Shown here: piece by piece, positions 1 to 6,609 of the stretch | Layout of the letters: the number at the start of each line of letters is the position of its first letter | How positions within the stretch are numbered: the first letter of the stretch is position 1 | Assembly: GCA_029263435.1 (NCBI GenBank) | Contig: JAJCXL010000502.1 | Location: 1-26,510, forward strand | Source of the DNA: Acidobacteriota bacterium | GTDB taxonomy: Bacteria > Acidobacteriota > Vicinamibacteria > Marinacidobacterales > SMYC01 | Direction of reading: 5' to 3' | Length of the DNA: 26,510 nt | Notes under the pieces: generated by a model | What the model was told of the DNA's origin: nothing | The model's database searches: none | What the model saw: only the letters and a program-made list of their open reading frames with translations | Translations under genes and position numbers: made by a program

Positions 1-662
1 GAGCAATCCGCGGAGTAGTTCGTGGTCTCCGAGATAACCTTCGTGGTGCTTCCGTCCTCACCTTGGGCCGCGAGATCGGTCAACGTCGCGAGGAGGAGGT
101 CGGACCCGATGCCCTGAGCGTTGAGCGTGATGCCGCGTCCATCGAGAAGGCTCTGGAACGTCACACCGTTGGCCGCTTCGTAGCCCGCGCGATCGAGGGC
201 GCCGTTATGCGATACCGTCTGGTTGCCGTCGGTGAATAGATAGATGGTGCGCTTGTCCGCCGGACCGCTCGTCGGAAAACTTGGCCACGAGACGGGAAGG
301 TTATCCATCCAATCGGCCGTCTGACGTATGGCTCCGAAGATGTCCGTCAGATTCCCGACCGCGGACTGATTGGAGGACTGGTTCTCAACGGCTTTCACGA
401 CGTCTTTCATCACGTTGACCGTGAAGTCCTGGATCGACGCGTTGAACATTTGTTGGCCCACGAGCCCACCAAATCCGCTCGCGAAACGCCAAATCGAGAC
501 CGCCCATTCGTCGCTCGAGCTACGGACGTGATTCTTGATCTCTTCCAGGATCCATTGAGCGGACTCCGAGGCTTCCACGACTTTGTCGTGAGCGCAGTCG
601 TTGGCCGCCGGATGGTACATCGAGCCCGATGTGTCGATAACGATAGCTATCTGCTTGCGCAT
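1..662 (-). CDS. von Willebrand factor type A (vWA) domain protein, N-terminal part (runs off the left edge)
   Basis: Not in the ORF track. Manual translation from ATG 662 is open to the window edge: MRKQIAIVIDTSGSMYH...NLTDIFGAI...IYLFTDGNQT. It has the MIDAS DxSxS, T and D elements. Purine-rich GCAGGA lies just upstream. Confidence 0.85.
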   Translation of the reverse strand, partial: MRKQIAIVIDTSGSMYHPAANDCAHDKVVEASESAQWILEEIKNHVRSSSDEWAVSIWRFASGFGGLVGQQMFNASIQDFTVNVMKDVVKAVENQSSNQSAVGNLTDIFGAIRQTADWMDNLPVSWPSFPTSGPADKRTIYLFTDGNQTVSHNGALDRAGYEAANGVTFQSLLDGRGITLNAQGIGSDLLLATLTDLAAQGEDGSTTKVISETTNYSADC

Positions 663-783
663 TCCTGCACCGCACCTTTCCGCGAACGAGTGATGTCTTG
701 TTTGGCGTAGGACGAAAGCTTAGTACGTCTCGCCCCGATGCGCGAGTGTTAGAAAAAAATTGAAAAGAACGATTTTCAGGAAG

Positions 784-2115
784 TCATGGAGGCGCAGCGT
801 CGCTCTGGCGCAGTGCCACGCGACAGGATGCGATCTTCTCCGTGAGGAGTGCGCGCTCCGGTAGCGACGGGGTGGCCTCCAGGCCGCGCTCGAAACAAGC
901 GATCGCGGTGGCGCAATCCCCCGCGAGCCTCGAAAGCTCGCCTCTTACGGCGTGATAGAGGGAGTAATCCTCGAGCACCGCGTGATCCTCGATGGCTGTG
1001 AGCGCTCGTAGTCCCGCCGTCGGACCCTCCGCTTGACCGACCGCGACGGATCGATTCAACCGCCATACCGGAGAGGGTTCTATCTCCAACAATCGGTCGT
1101 AGTGCTCGACGATGCGGCTCCAGTTCGTGTCCTCGAATCGCACGGCGAGGCAATGCTCGGCGGCGATTGCGGCTTGCAAGTGATAGACGGAAAGGTGCTC
1201 GCCTCGCGCGGAACGCTCGAGCCAGTGAAACCCGGTTCCAATCGCTTTCTGATCCCATCGAGAGCGATCTTGCTTGGCGAGTAGCAGAATGCGTCCTTCG
1301 CCGTCGAGACGCGCGTCGAAGCGAGACACGTGGAAGTACTGCAGGGCGAGCAGTGCCCAGGTGGCCGGCGTCGCGCAGATCGAGTGTCCGGCAAGCATCG
1401 CGGTGAGGCGGATCGCCTCGTTGCAAAGCTCCAAGCGGATCAGATGGTCGGGATGCTTCGAGCTATATCCCTCGTTGAAGAGGAGATAGAGCGCTTGATG
1501 GACGCTCCCCGTCCTCGCCGCGAGCGCTGCGCCTCGGGGTATGACAAGCCTTCCCCGCTGCGCGAGCCGCTTCTTTGCCCGGACGATCCTTTTCTGCGCG
1601 GCATCTTGGCTGACGAGGAGCGCCTGGGCGATCTCCTCAGTGCTCAAGCCGCAAAGGAGCTTGAGGATGACGGCCACGCGCGATGCGGGAGAAAGCGATG
1701 GGTCACAGCACGCGAACATCATGCGCAGCTGGTGGTCGGCGACATCTCCGTCTAGGTGGAGGGGGCTACGATCGTAGCGCGCTTTGGCAAGGGTGGCTTC
1801 CACCCGAGCGAGCTCCGCACCGTACTTCGCCGCGGTGCTCTCGCGGCGGAGCGCGTCGAGCGCGCGATGCTTCGCCACTCGGAACAGCCACGCGGTCGGG
1901 TGCTCGGGAACCGCGCCCAGCTTCCAGCTTTCGAGCGCCTCGACCAACGCATCCTGCACGACGTCCTCTACGAGCTCTATCCTCCCCAAGCCAAGGGTGC
2001 CAACGAGTGTCGAGACGAGGCGCCCATAGCTGTGACGAAAGAAGTGCTCGATGAGCTCGCCCTTAGGCATCGGCTCGAAAAGCTCGGGAGCGTCCCGGGT
2101 GGATGACGACGTCAT
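784..2115 (-). CDS. ECF sigma factor with long C-terminal extension (ECF42-like, TPR-type tail), about 443 aa
   Basis: Sigma region 2 (EDVVQDALVEALESW...AWLFRVAKHRALDALRR), region 4 (LSTEEIAQALLVSQDAAQKRIVRAKKRL) and the conserved extension (LYLLFNEGYSS, RLELCNEAIRL, YHLQAAIAAEH). The start is set at ATG 2115, which forms an ATGA overlap with the YciI stop. ATG 2070 is an alternative. Confidence 0.88.
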   Translation of the reverse strand: MTSSSTRDAPELFEPMPKGELIEHFFRHSYGRLVSTLVGTLGLGRIELVEDVVQDALVEALESWKLGAVPEHPTAWLFRVAKHRALDALRRESTAAKYGAELARVEATLAKARYDRSPLHLDGDVADHQLRMMFACCDPSLSPASRVAVILKLLCGLSTEEIAQALLVSQDAAQKRIVRAKKRLAQRGRLVIPRGAALAARTGSVHQALYLLFNEGYSSKHPDHLIRLELCNEAIRLTAMLAGHSICATPATWALLALQYFHVSRFDARLDGEGRILLLAKQDRSRWDQKAIGTGFHWLERSARGEHLSVYHLQAAIAAEHCLAVRFEDTNWSRIVEHYDRLLEIEPSPVWRLNRSVAVGQAEGPTAGLRALTAIEDHAVLEDYSLYHAVRGELSRLAGDCATAIACFERGLEATPSLPERALLTEKIASCRVALRQSDAAPP

Positions 2116-2450
2116 CTCCGGCTCGGTCGCACCTCGACCGTCATCCCTGGGTGATCCAAGCCCGGGCAACCCTTGGCGAGCTCGCACGCCTCTTCGAGAC
2201 TGTCGCACTCCACGATGAAGAAGCCTCCGACAAGCTCTTTGGACTCGACGAAAGGCCCGTCGGACACCAGTTGGTTCGAATCGACGACGGAGCCTTCCGG
2301 CGCCAAACGCGAGCCACCGCGCATGGCGCCTCGAGAGGCGAAGCTGTCGGCCCACTTCGACCACCGAGCCATCACTCGTTGCATTTGGTCGGGCGACAGC
2401 TCCTGCTTTTGGGATTCCACCCCCCTAAAAATGTAGACGTACTCTGGCAC
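2112..2450 (-). CDS. YciI/DGPF family protein
   Basis: Signature DGPFVESKELVGGFFIVECDSLEEACELAKGCP. It lies directly upstream of an ECF42-type sigma factor, the usual pairing. Confidence 0.92.
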   Translation of the reverse strand: MPEYVYIFRGVESQKQELSPDQMQRVMARWSKWADSFASRGAMRGGSRLAPEGSVVDSNQLVSDGPFVESKELVGGFFIVECDSLEEACELAKGCPGLDHPGMTVEVRPSRR

Positions 2451-2462
2451 CCCGCGCCTCCT

Positions 2463-2819
2463 TCAATTGTGCTCGACCAGTCCCAGCGCTGCGCCGGTGG
2501 GATCCACGATGACGCCGAAAAAGCCGTTGCCGGGGATGGGGGTTTTCTCCTGAACGACGGTGGCCCCCAAGGACTTCGCCCGTTCCAACCCGGCCGCGAC
2601 GTCGCTGACATCGACGAAACAGAGCCACCGTGACGGTGCGCTCTTGTCGGGGCTCGGCATCATGCCGCCCCCCACGCCCTCGCCGACCTGGATCATCGTA
2701 TACATCATCTCACCCATGGGAACGTCGACGAGCTTCCACTGGAATAACTCGCCGTAGAACTTCCGGGCGCGGTCGATGTCGGTCGTGGATAGCTCGATAT
2801 GTACGAAAGGATTGCTCAT
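2463..2819 (-). CDS. VOC (glyoxalase/bleomycin resistance) family protein, 118 aa
   Basis: MSNPFVHIELSTTDIDRARKFYGELFQW...VDPTGAALGL. Strong SD GAGGAGG upstream of ATG 2819. Confidence 0.92.
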   Translation of the reverse strand: MSNPFVHIELSTTDIDRARKFYGELFQWKLVDVPMGEMMYTMIQVGEGVGGGMMPSPDKSAPSRWLCFVDVSDVAAGLERAKSLGATVVQEKTPIPGNGFFGVIVDPTGAALGLVEHN

Positions 2820-2852
2820 GACTACCTCCTCGATAGGTCCGTTTTCATTCAA

Positions 2853-2879
2853 GACGTTTGAGGTGAACGAGAACGGACA
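2853..2879 (-). promoter_or_regulatory. Candidate ECF-dependent promoter (TGTCCG-N17-CGTC) of the VOC-YciI-ECF42 cassette
   Basis: Minus strand reads TGTCCG ttctcgttcacctcaaa CGTC, 33 nt before the VOC start. It resembles the TGTC.. / CGTC promoters of extended ECF groups, which are typically autoregulated. Confidence 0.5.
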
Positions 2880-2937
2880 CATCTATGGAGAAAGATTCTC
2901 GTGAGGACGAAAGAGGTGGGATGAGAACGAGGGCGCG

Positions 2938-3162
2938 CCGCCCGATTCGATGGGGCTCCCGACTTCGTTTAGGAGTCTCTTGGACTCAGTGCCTGGCTTG
3001 TGCGATGAGCTCGCCGTGCTCAGGCGGTCGCTATGGAGTCAGGATCACCCCGCCGTTTGGGTAATCAGCCTCTTGCCGCATTCCGGGTTCATTCACCGAG
3101 CGCCACAAGAGGCTCGTTATGGTCCGGTGGCATATCGCCTCCTTCCATTTGGGCCTGTCTCC
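2938..3162 (-). ncRNA. Candidate structured small RNA or leader carrying micro-ORFs (family not recognised)
   Basis: Nested inverted repeats (3067-3075/3106-3114, 3050-3055/3125-3130, 3035-3043/3154-3162) and a second multi-stem segment (2938-3027) downstream of a strong promoter. No credible protein-length ORF. Confidence 0.3.
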
Positions 3163-3191
3163 TGTATACACCCGAACCCAAAGGGTGTCAA
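3163..3191 (-). promoter_or_regulatory. Near-consensus sigma70 promoter TTGACA-N17-TATACA
   Basis: Minus strand: TTGACA (3191-3186), 17-nt spacer, TATACA (3168-3163), just downstream of the cooC stop. Confidence 0.65.
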
Positions 3192-3229
3192 CGGAAAATG
3201 TCTCGACCGAGCCGCTCTGCCGTTTCGTC

Positions 3230-4003
3230 CTAGTCTGGTGAGACGAGTGCGTCCGCGAGAGCGTTAATCGCGACCAAAGACGGGGCACCGGTATCGACGG
3301 GAGCCATGCGTTTTTGATCTCCTCTTCTCAGCTCATCGTCGTAGGGGATCTCAGCCAAGATATCGAGTCCGTGTGCGCCCGCGTAGTCGGCAATTGCTTT
3401 CCGGTCGACCGCATCTCTTACCTTGTTCGCCACCACCACGACCCGCTCGACGCCCAACTCCTTGCCGAGCGCCACGGTGCGCCGCGCGGTCTCGAGCGCG
3501 CGATAGTACGGCTCCATCATCACGACCAGCGTATCCACGTGTCGCGACGTGCCACGACTCAAATGCTCGAGCCCTGCTTCCATGTCCACGACCGCGACGA
3601 CACCCTTTTCTTGAAGCATTCCACCCACGAGTTGCCGCACCGCGGCATGAGCGCGGCACATTCATCCGGAGCCGGCGTGGTCGACTTGTCCCATCAAGAG
3701 TAAACGGACCCGGTCGGGGCTCTCGGTCCCGTACTGCACGACGATGTCGCGAGCAGGGATACGCAAGTCGAGCTTTCTCTTCCCCTCGGCATCCGTCGTC
3801 TCTTCCAGGATCGTGCGCGGCATGGGTCTCAGTGCGGCCTGCGCATCTTCAGACAAGCCTAGAGTGGAGGCGAGGTTCGGATTGGAGTCCGCGTCGATCG
3901 CCCACACTTCATGGCCTCGCTGTGCGAAGAGACGGGCGAGGGTGCCCGCCATCGTCGTTTTTCCCGTGCCGCCCTTTCCGGCGATCGCTACCTTCGGATG
4001 CAT
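3230..4003 (-). CDS. cooC: CooC/AcsF-like nickel-insertion ATPase with in-frame UGA (probable Sec114), 257 aa
   Basis: Deviant Walker A GKGGTGKTT, then IDADSNPNL, GSG-[UGA]-MCRAH and VDMEAGLEHLSRG. The two track ORFs (3662-4072 and 3230-3661) are in the same frame and separated only by TGA 3664-3662. SD AAGGAG precedes ATG 4003. The joined length is typical of CooC. Confidence 0.88.
3623..3652 (-). promoter_or_regulatory. Candidate bacterial SECIS hairpin
   Basis: Starts 10 nt after the UGA. Lower stem GCUCA/UGGGU, upper stem UGCCGC/GCGGCA, apical loop GGU beginning 21 nt after the UGA. Confidence 0.6.
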
Positions 4004-4019
4004 GAAACTCCTTTGACAC

Positions 4020-4406
4020 TCAGTGTGCGAGGTGCTGACAATCGGCCGGATCGCCGGTCTCACTGCAATCACAATTCGGGTCGCCGCACTCCCCGTGTCC
4101 CGGCTTGGTCATGTCCGAGAACTCGTCCGCGAACCGTCGACCACCTTCCTTATTGCCGATGATGGTGAGGCGAAATCGCGGCTCGGCGGGAGCGCCATGG
4201 ACAGGCTGGGCGAGCACGCGCTCGACGAAGCCGAGCTCTACCATGCGCTCGAGCACCGGCCGGATGTCTTGCTCTTTCATCGTCAGCCACCGAACGAGCT
4301 CTGGGGAGGCGACGTCGTCGGCGAGGCCTTCGCCTCGAAGCCAGAAAAGGATCTGCAGGATCTCGTCGACGGCCGCGACGGGTTGGGCTTCGGGGTCAGA
4401 GGACAT
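4020..4406 (-). CDS. Hydrogenase-associated winged-helix protein with C-terminal Cys/His-rich tail, 128 aa
   Basis: SD GAGGAG before ATG 4406. wHTH-like core (EILQILFWLRGEGL...LERMVELGFV...RFRLT) and tail GHGECGDPNCDCSETGDPADCQHLAH. Confidence 0.75.
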   Translation of the reverse strand: MSSDPEAQPVAAVDEILQILFWLRGEGLADDVASPELVRWLTMKEQDIRPVLERMVELGFVERVLAQPVHGAPAEPRFRLTIIGNKEGGRRFADEFSDMTKPGHGECGDPNCDCSETGDPADCQHLAH

Positions 4407-4917
4407 GAGTCTCCTCTGTCGTCGCCAGGTAATCGACAACGAGGCGCTCGGCCTCACGAACGGCGGGCTCGAGACTCGCCTCCATCGCGGCCGTGAGCTG
4501 GGTCGTTACGTCGTCGCAAGATCCGACCTGCGCGCCTACGATCCAAACAACCTCGGGCAAGACGTCCATCGTCGCCGCGAGGTGAAACACCCCTTCAGGC
4601 TTGGCTTCGTGAAGGTCTACCGGGGTCGTGTGATCGCTTCGGTAGTGGGCGAGATCGGGCTCGAGGACAAAGAGTCGTCCGGCTTCGCAACCTCGCTCCA
4701 ATGCGTCGAGCACGAGCAACGCGTCGTATCCGTCCATGAGCTCGTGCACGAGGCCGATGCCTGCGATCCCACTTTCCCAAAAATGTACTCGTGGCTCCGA
4801 GCCGAGCCGACCCGCTCGCAGGCGTTCGAGGGAGCGAATGCCGAAACCGTCGTCGCCCCGAAGCACGTTTCCGACACCGGCCACGAGAATGCGCGGCGCC
4901 GGTGGGACTCTAGGCAT
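4396..4917 (-). CDS. Hydrogenase maturation endopeptidase (HybD/HupD/HycI family), 173 aa
   Basis: GVGNVLRGDDGFG, LLVLDAL and VDLHE give the full acidic/Asp/His metal-ligand set. ATG 4917 overlaps the upstream stop. Confidence 0.92.
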   Translation of the reverse strand: MPRVPPAPRILVAGVGNVLRGDDGFGIRSLERLRAGRLGSEPRVHFWESGIAGIGLVHELMDGYDALLVLDALERGCEAGRLFVLEPDLAHYRSDHTTPVDLHEAKPEGVFHLAATMDVLPEVVWIVGAQVGSCDDVTTQLTAAMEASLEPAVREAERLVVDYLATTEETHVL

Positions 4918-5407
4918 TGCTCTGGGCGAGCTTGCCGGTGGCTTCTCCAGGTTCTTCGGGCTGAGCGAGCCCAAAGAATTCATAGGTGGCGCGGGGCGCC
5001 AGAACGAGAGCCGCGAGGCTGACCGACAGGATCACGTGCTGCAGAGACATATGAGCCGTGGCGAACAGGCCGCCCAAGGGGTGAGTCATGATGGCGCGGG
5101 CGAAGGTGGGAACACATTCGAGACCGGTCACCAGCCATCCGGCCGCGAGAATGCCGGTGGGCAAGCTCAAGAGGAGAGGCAGGCGGTGGGCAAGCGCGGG
5201 CTTGAGCGCGAACACGACCCCGGCCAATGCGAGCACCGAAGAGCTGGGAAATAGAATTCCGTACAGCCCGACCATGGTCTGGGGCTGGGCGATCATCTTA
5301 TAGGGGATGTAGCCCAACAGACTGAGCCCCGCAAGGAACATCAGCATCCGGTAAATCTTCCACCGTCGACGTTTCTTGCCTTCGCAGCTCTCACCGTCGC
5401 ATTTCAT
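4910..5407 (-). CDS. Uncharacterised integral membrane protein (about 4 TM), 165 aa
   Basis: Four hydrophobic segments after a basic KKRRRWK stretch. ATGA overlap with the upstream gene and 8-nt overlap with the downstream gene. Confidence 0.75.
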   Translation of the reverse strand: MKCDGESCEGKKRRRWKIYRMLMFLAGLSLLGYIPYKMIAQPQTMVGLYGILFPSSSVLALAGVVFALKPALAHRLPLLLSLPTGILAAGWLVTGLECVPTFARAIMTHPLGGLFATAHMSLQHVILSVSLAALVLAPRATYEFFGLAQPEEPGEATGKLAQSNA

Positions 5408-6087
5408 GGCGTGACTCCTCCTGGGGTGCTCGTAACGTTCGTGGCAACTCTGATTCTATCCCCATCGAGGCTCACTTGAAAAGCCTCGAGCCGGGTGTCG
5501 GGGGCTCCGGCTTTGATCCCGGTTTGGACGTCATAGCGGCATCCGTGCCAGGGACAATGAATCTCACCGTCGACGAGCGTACCCAAGTGAAGCGGCAGAA
5601 TACTTCCGGGGCACGTGTTGCGATAAGCGTAGACCGCATCGTCGGTGGCGGCGATGAGCACCGGCGATTGCTCGATCTGAATCGCTCGAAGCACTCCGGG
5701 CGGGAGATCCTCTCGCGCGAAGGCGACGTTCCACGCGGGCTTTCGCTCCACGCCGCCAATCGCATCGAGAGGTATGAATCCGGACGAGTAAGGTGAGGCG
5801 ACCGTGGAGGTACTCTCGACCGGGGTGAGCGGCTCGCTCGGTATGAGGTCGTAGAGGATGAAAAGCATTCGGACGGCGGGGTCCGAGACCATCCGCTCGA
5901 TAAGTCCTTTGCCGCCCAGCTCGCTGAGCACTTCGAACAGGCCCCACACGCAGCTTCGGTGGAGGTGGTCGATATTCTCCACGAGCTCCAACGCCTTGCT
6001 CTTGGCGCTGGATTCCGGCAGGGCCTCGAGCTCTGTGACGAGCTCCGCGACCCGCCGCGCATGATGTTCGAGGTCGTGGGAAGCCAT
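5404..6087 (-). CDS. Hydrogenase-associated Fe-S protein: helical N-terminal domain plus C-terminal Rieske-like domain
   Basis: C-terminus AYRNTCPGSILPLHLG...IHCPWHGCRYDVQTG is Rieske ferredoxin-like. The N-terminus resembles the leader domain of NifU-like hydrogenase accessory proteins. Confidence 0.78.
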   Translation of the reverse strand: MASHDLEHHARRVAELVTELEALPESSAKSKALELVENIDHLHRSCVWGLFEVLSELGGKGLIERMVSDPAVRMLFILYDLIPSEPLTPVESTSTVASPYSSGFIPLDAIGGVERKPAWNVAFAREDLPPGVLRAIQIEQSPVLIAATDDAVYAYRNTCPGSILPLHLGTLVDGEIHCPWHGCRYDVQTGIKAGAPDTRLEAFQVSLDGDRIRVATNVTSTPGGVTP

Positions 6088-6090
6088 CGC

Positions 6091-6603
6091 TCAGTCCATC
6101 TGCTCGGGGAGGACGGTTGCTTGCGCGAGCTCGCGCACGACGCGACAGACCTCAGGGAGCCGCGCCGCGACCTCGTCACTGGCGGTGAGACCCGCGCCGG
6201 TCGTGAGCGCACGGATCTCGACGATGATGACTTCGGGCGGAAGCGCGTCGAACTGCTGAGCGATGATGGGAAAGCTCTCGAGGTCGATGACACCCGTCAC
6301 CGCCTCTGCGACCCGGGTTTGGATCTCTTCAGGAGAGGGAAGCTGGCCGTGCCACGGATACCATCGGTAGCCCTGGTCCGACGACACGTTCTCCGATGCG
6401 CCCAGAAGAACCAACCGCTCGTAAGGAGGCTTTTTCTCTGACAGACGATGAACCGTCGCGATCGGGCCGCCATAGCTCAAGTCGCAAACGTCGACCTCTT
6501 TGGGCAGAGATTCTTGCTGCAGCCTCTCCGCGACCATCAATCCCGCCGACAAGTCGCTTAAGTTGAAATAGCCGACGCTTCCCACGAGCGTTCGCTTCGT
6601 CAC
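6091..6603 (-). CDS. Hydrogenase maturation protease-like protein with degenerate metal ligands
   Basis: LVGSVGYFNLSDLSAG...RLVLLGAS...PEVIIVEI follows the HybD/HycI fold pattern. GTG start with SD AGAAAGG. Immediately follows the large subunit gene. Confidence 0.72.
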   Translation of the reverse strand: MTKRTLVGSVGYFNLSDLSAGLMVAERLQQESLPKEVDVCDLSYGGPIATVHRLSEKKPPYERLVLLGASENVSSDQGYRWYPWHGQLPSPEEIQTRVAEAVTGVIDLESFPIIAQQFDALPPEVIIVEIRALTTGAGLTASDEVAARLPEVCRVVRELAQATVLPEQMD

Positions 6604-6609
6604 GCCTTT

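Noticed and set aside
690-780. Terminator or promoter between the ECF gene and the vWA gene
   Set aside because: The CTCGC/GCGAG hairpin has its T-run on the wrong side for a minus-strand terminator, and no convincing -35/-10 pair was found.
2116-2364. 83-aa N-terminal extension of the ECF sigma ORF given in the track (784-2364)
   Set aside because: It overlaps the YciI gene in another frame and is Arg-rich shadow sequence. The ATGA overlap at 2112-2115 gives a natural start.
2930-3200. tRNA-Sec, tmRNA, SRP RNA, RNase P or ZTP riboswitch in the cooC-VOC gap
   Set aside because: No cloverleaf with a UCA anticodon or CCA end, no T-loop, no SRP helix-8 or RNase P GAGGAAAGUCC motif. A CGACCGCCUGAGCA run recalls the ZTP 3' end, but the 5' aptamer half is missing.
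2950-3288. Track ORFs 2950-3267 (+), 3031-3288 (-) and 3033-3233 (+) as proteins
   Set aside because: No recognisable motifs and no SD. They overlap each other and the cooC 3' end, and the region is better explained by promoter and RNA structure.
3230-4072. cooC as two separate genes, a frameshift or a pseudogene
   Set aside because: Both halves are in the same frame with no indel, the single stop is UGA on a conserved Cys column, a SECIS-like hairpin follows and all motifs are intact. It cannot be fully excluded without seeing the sel genes.
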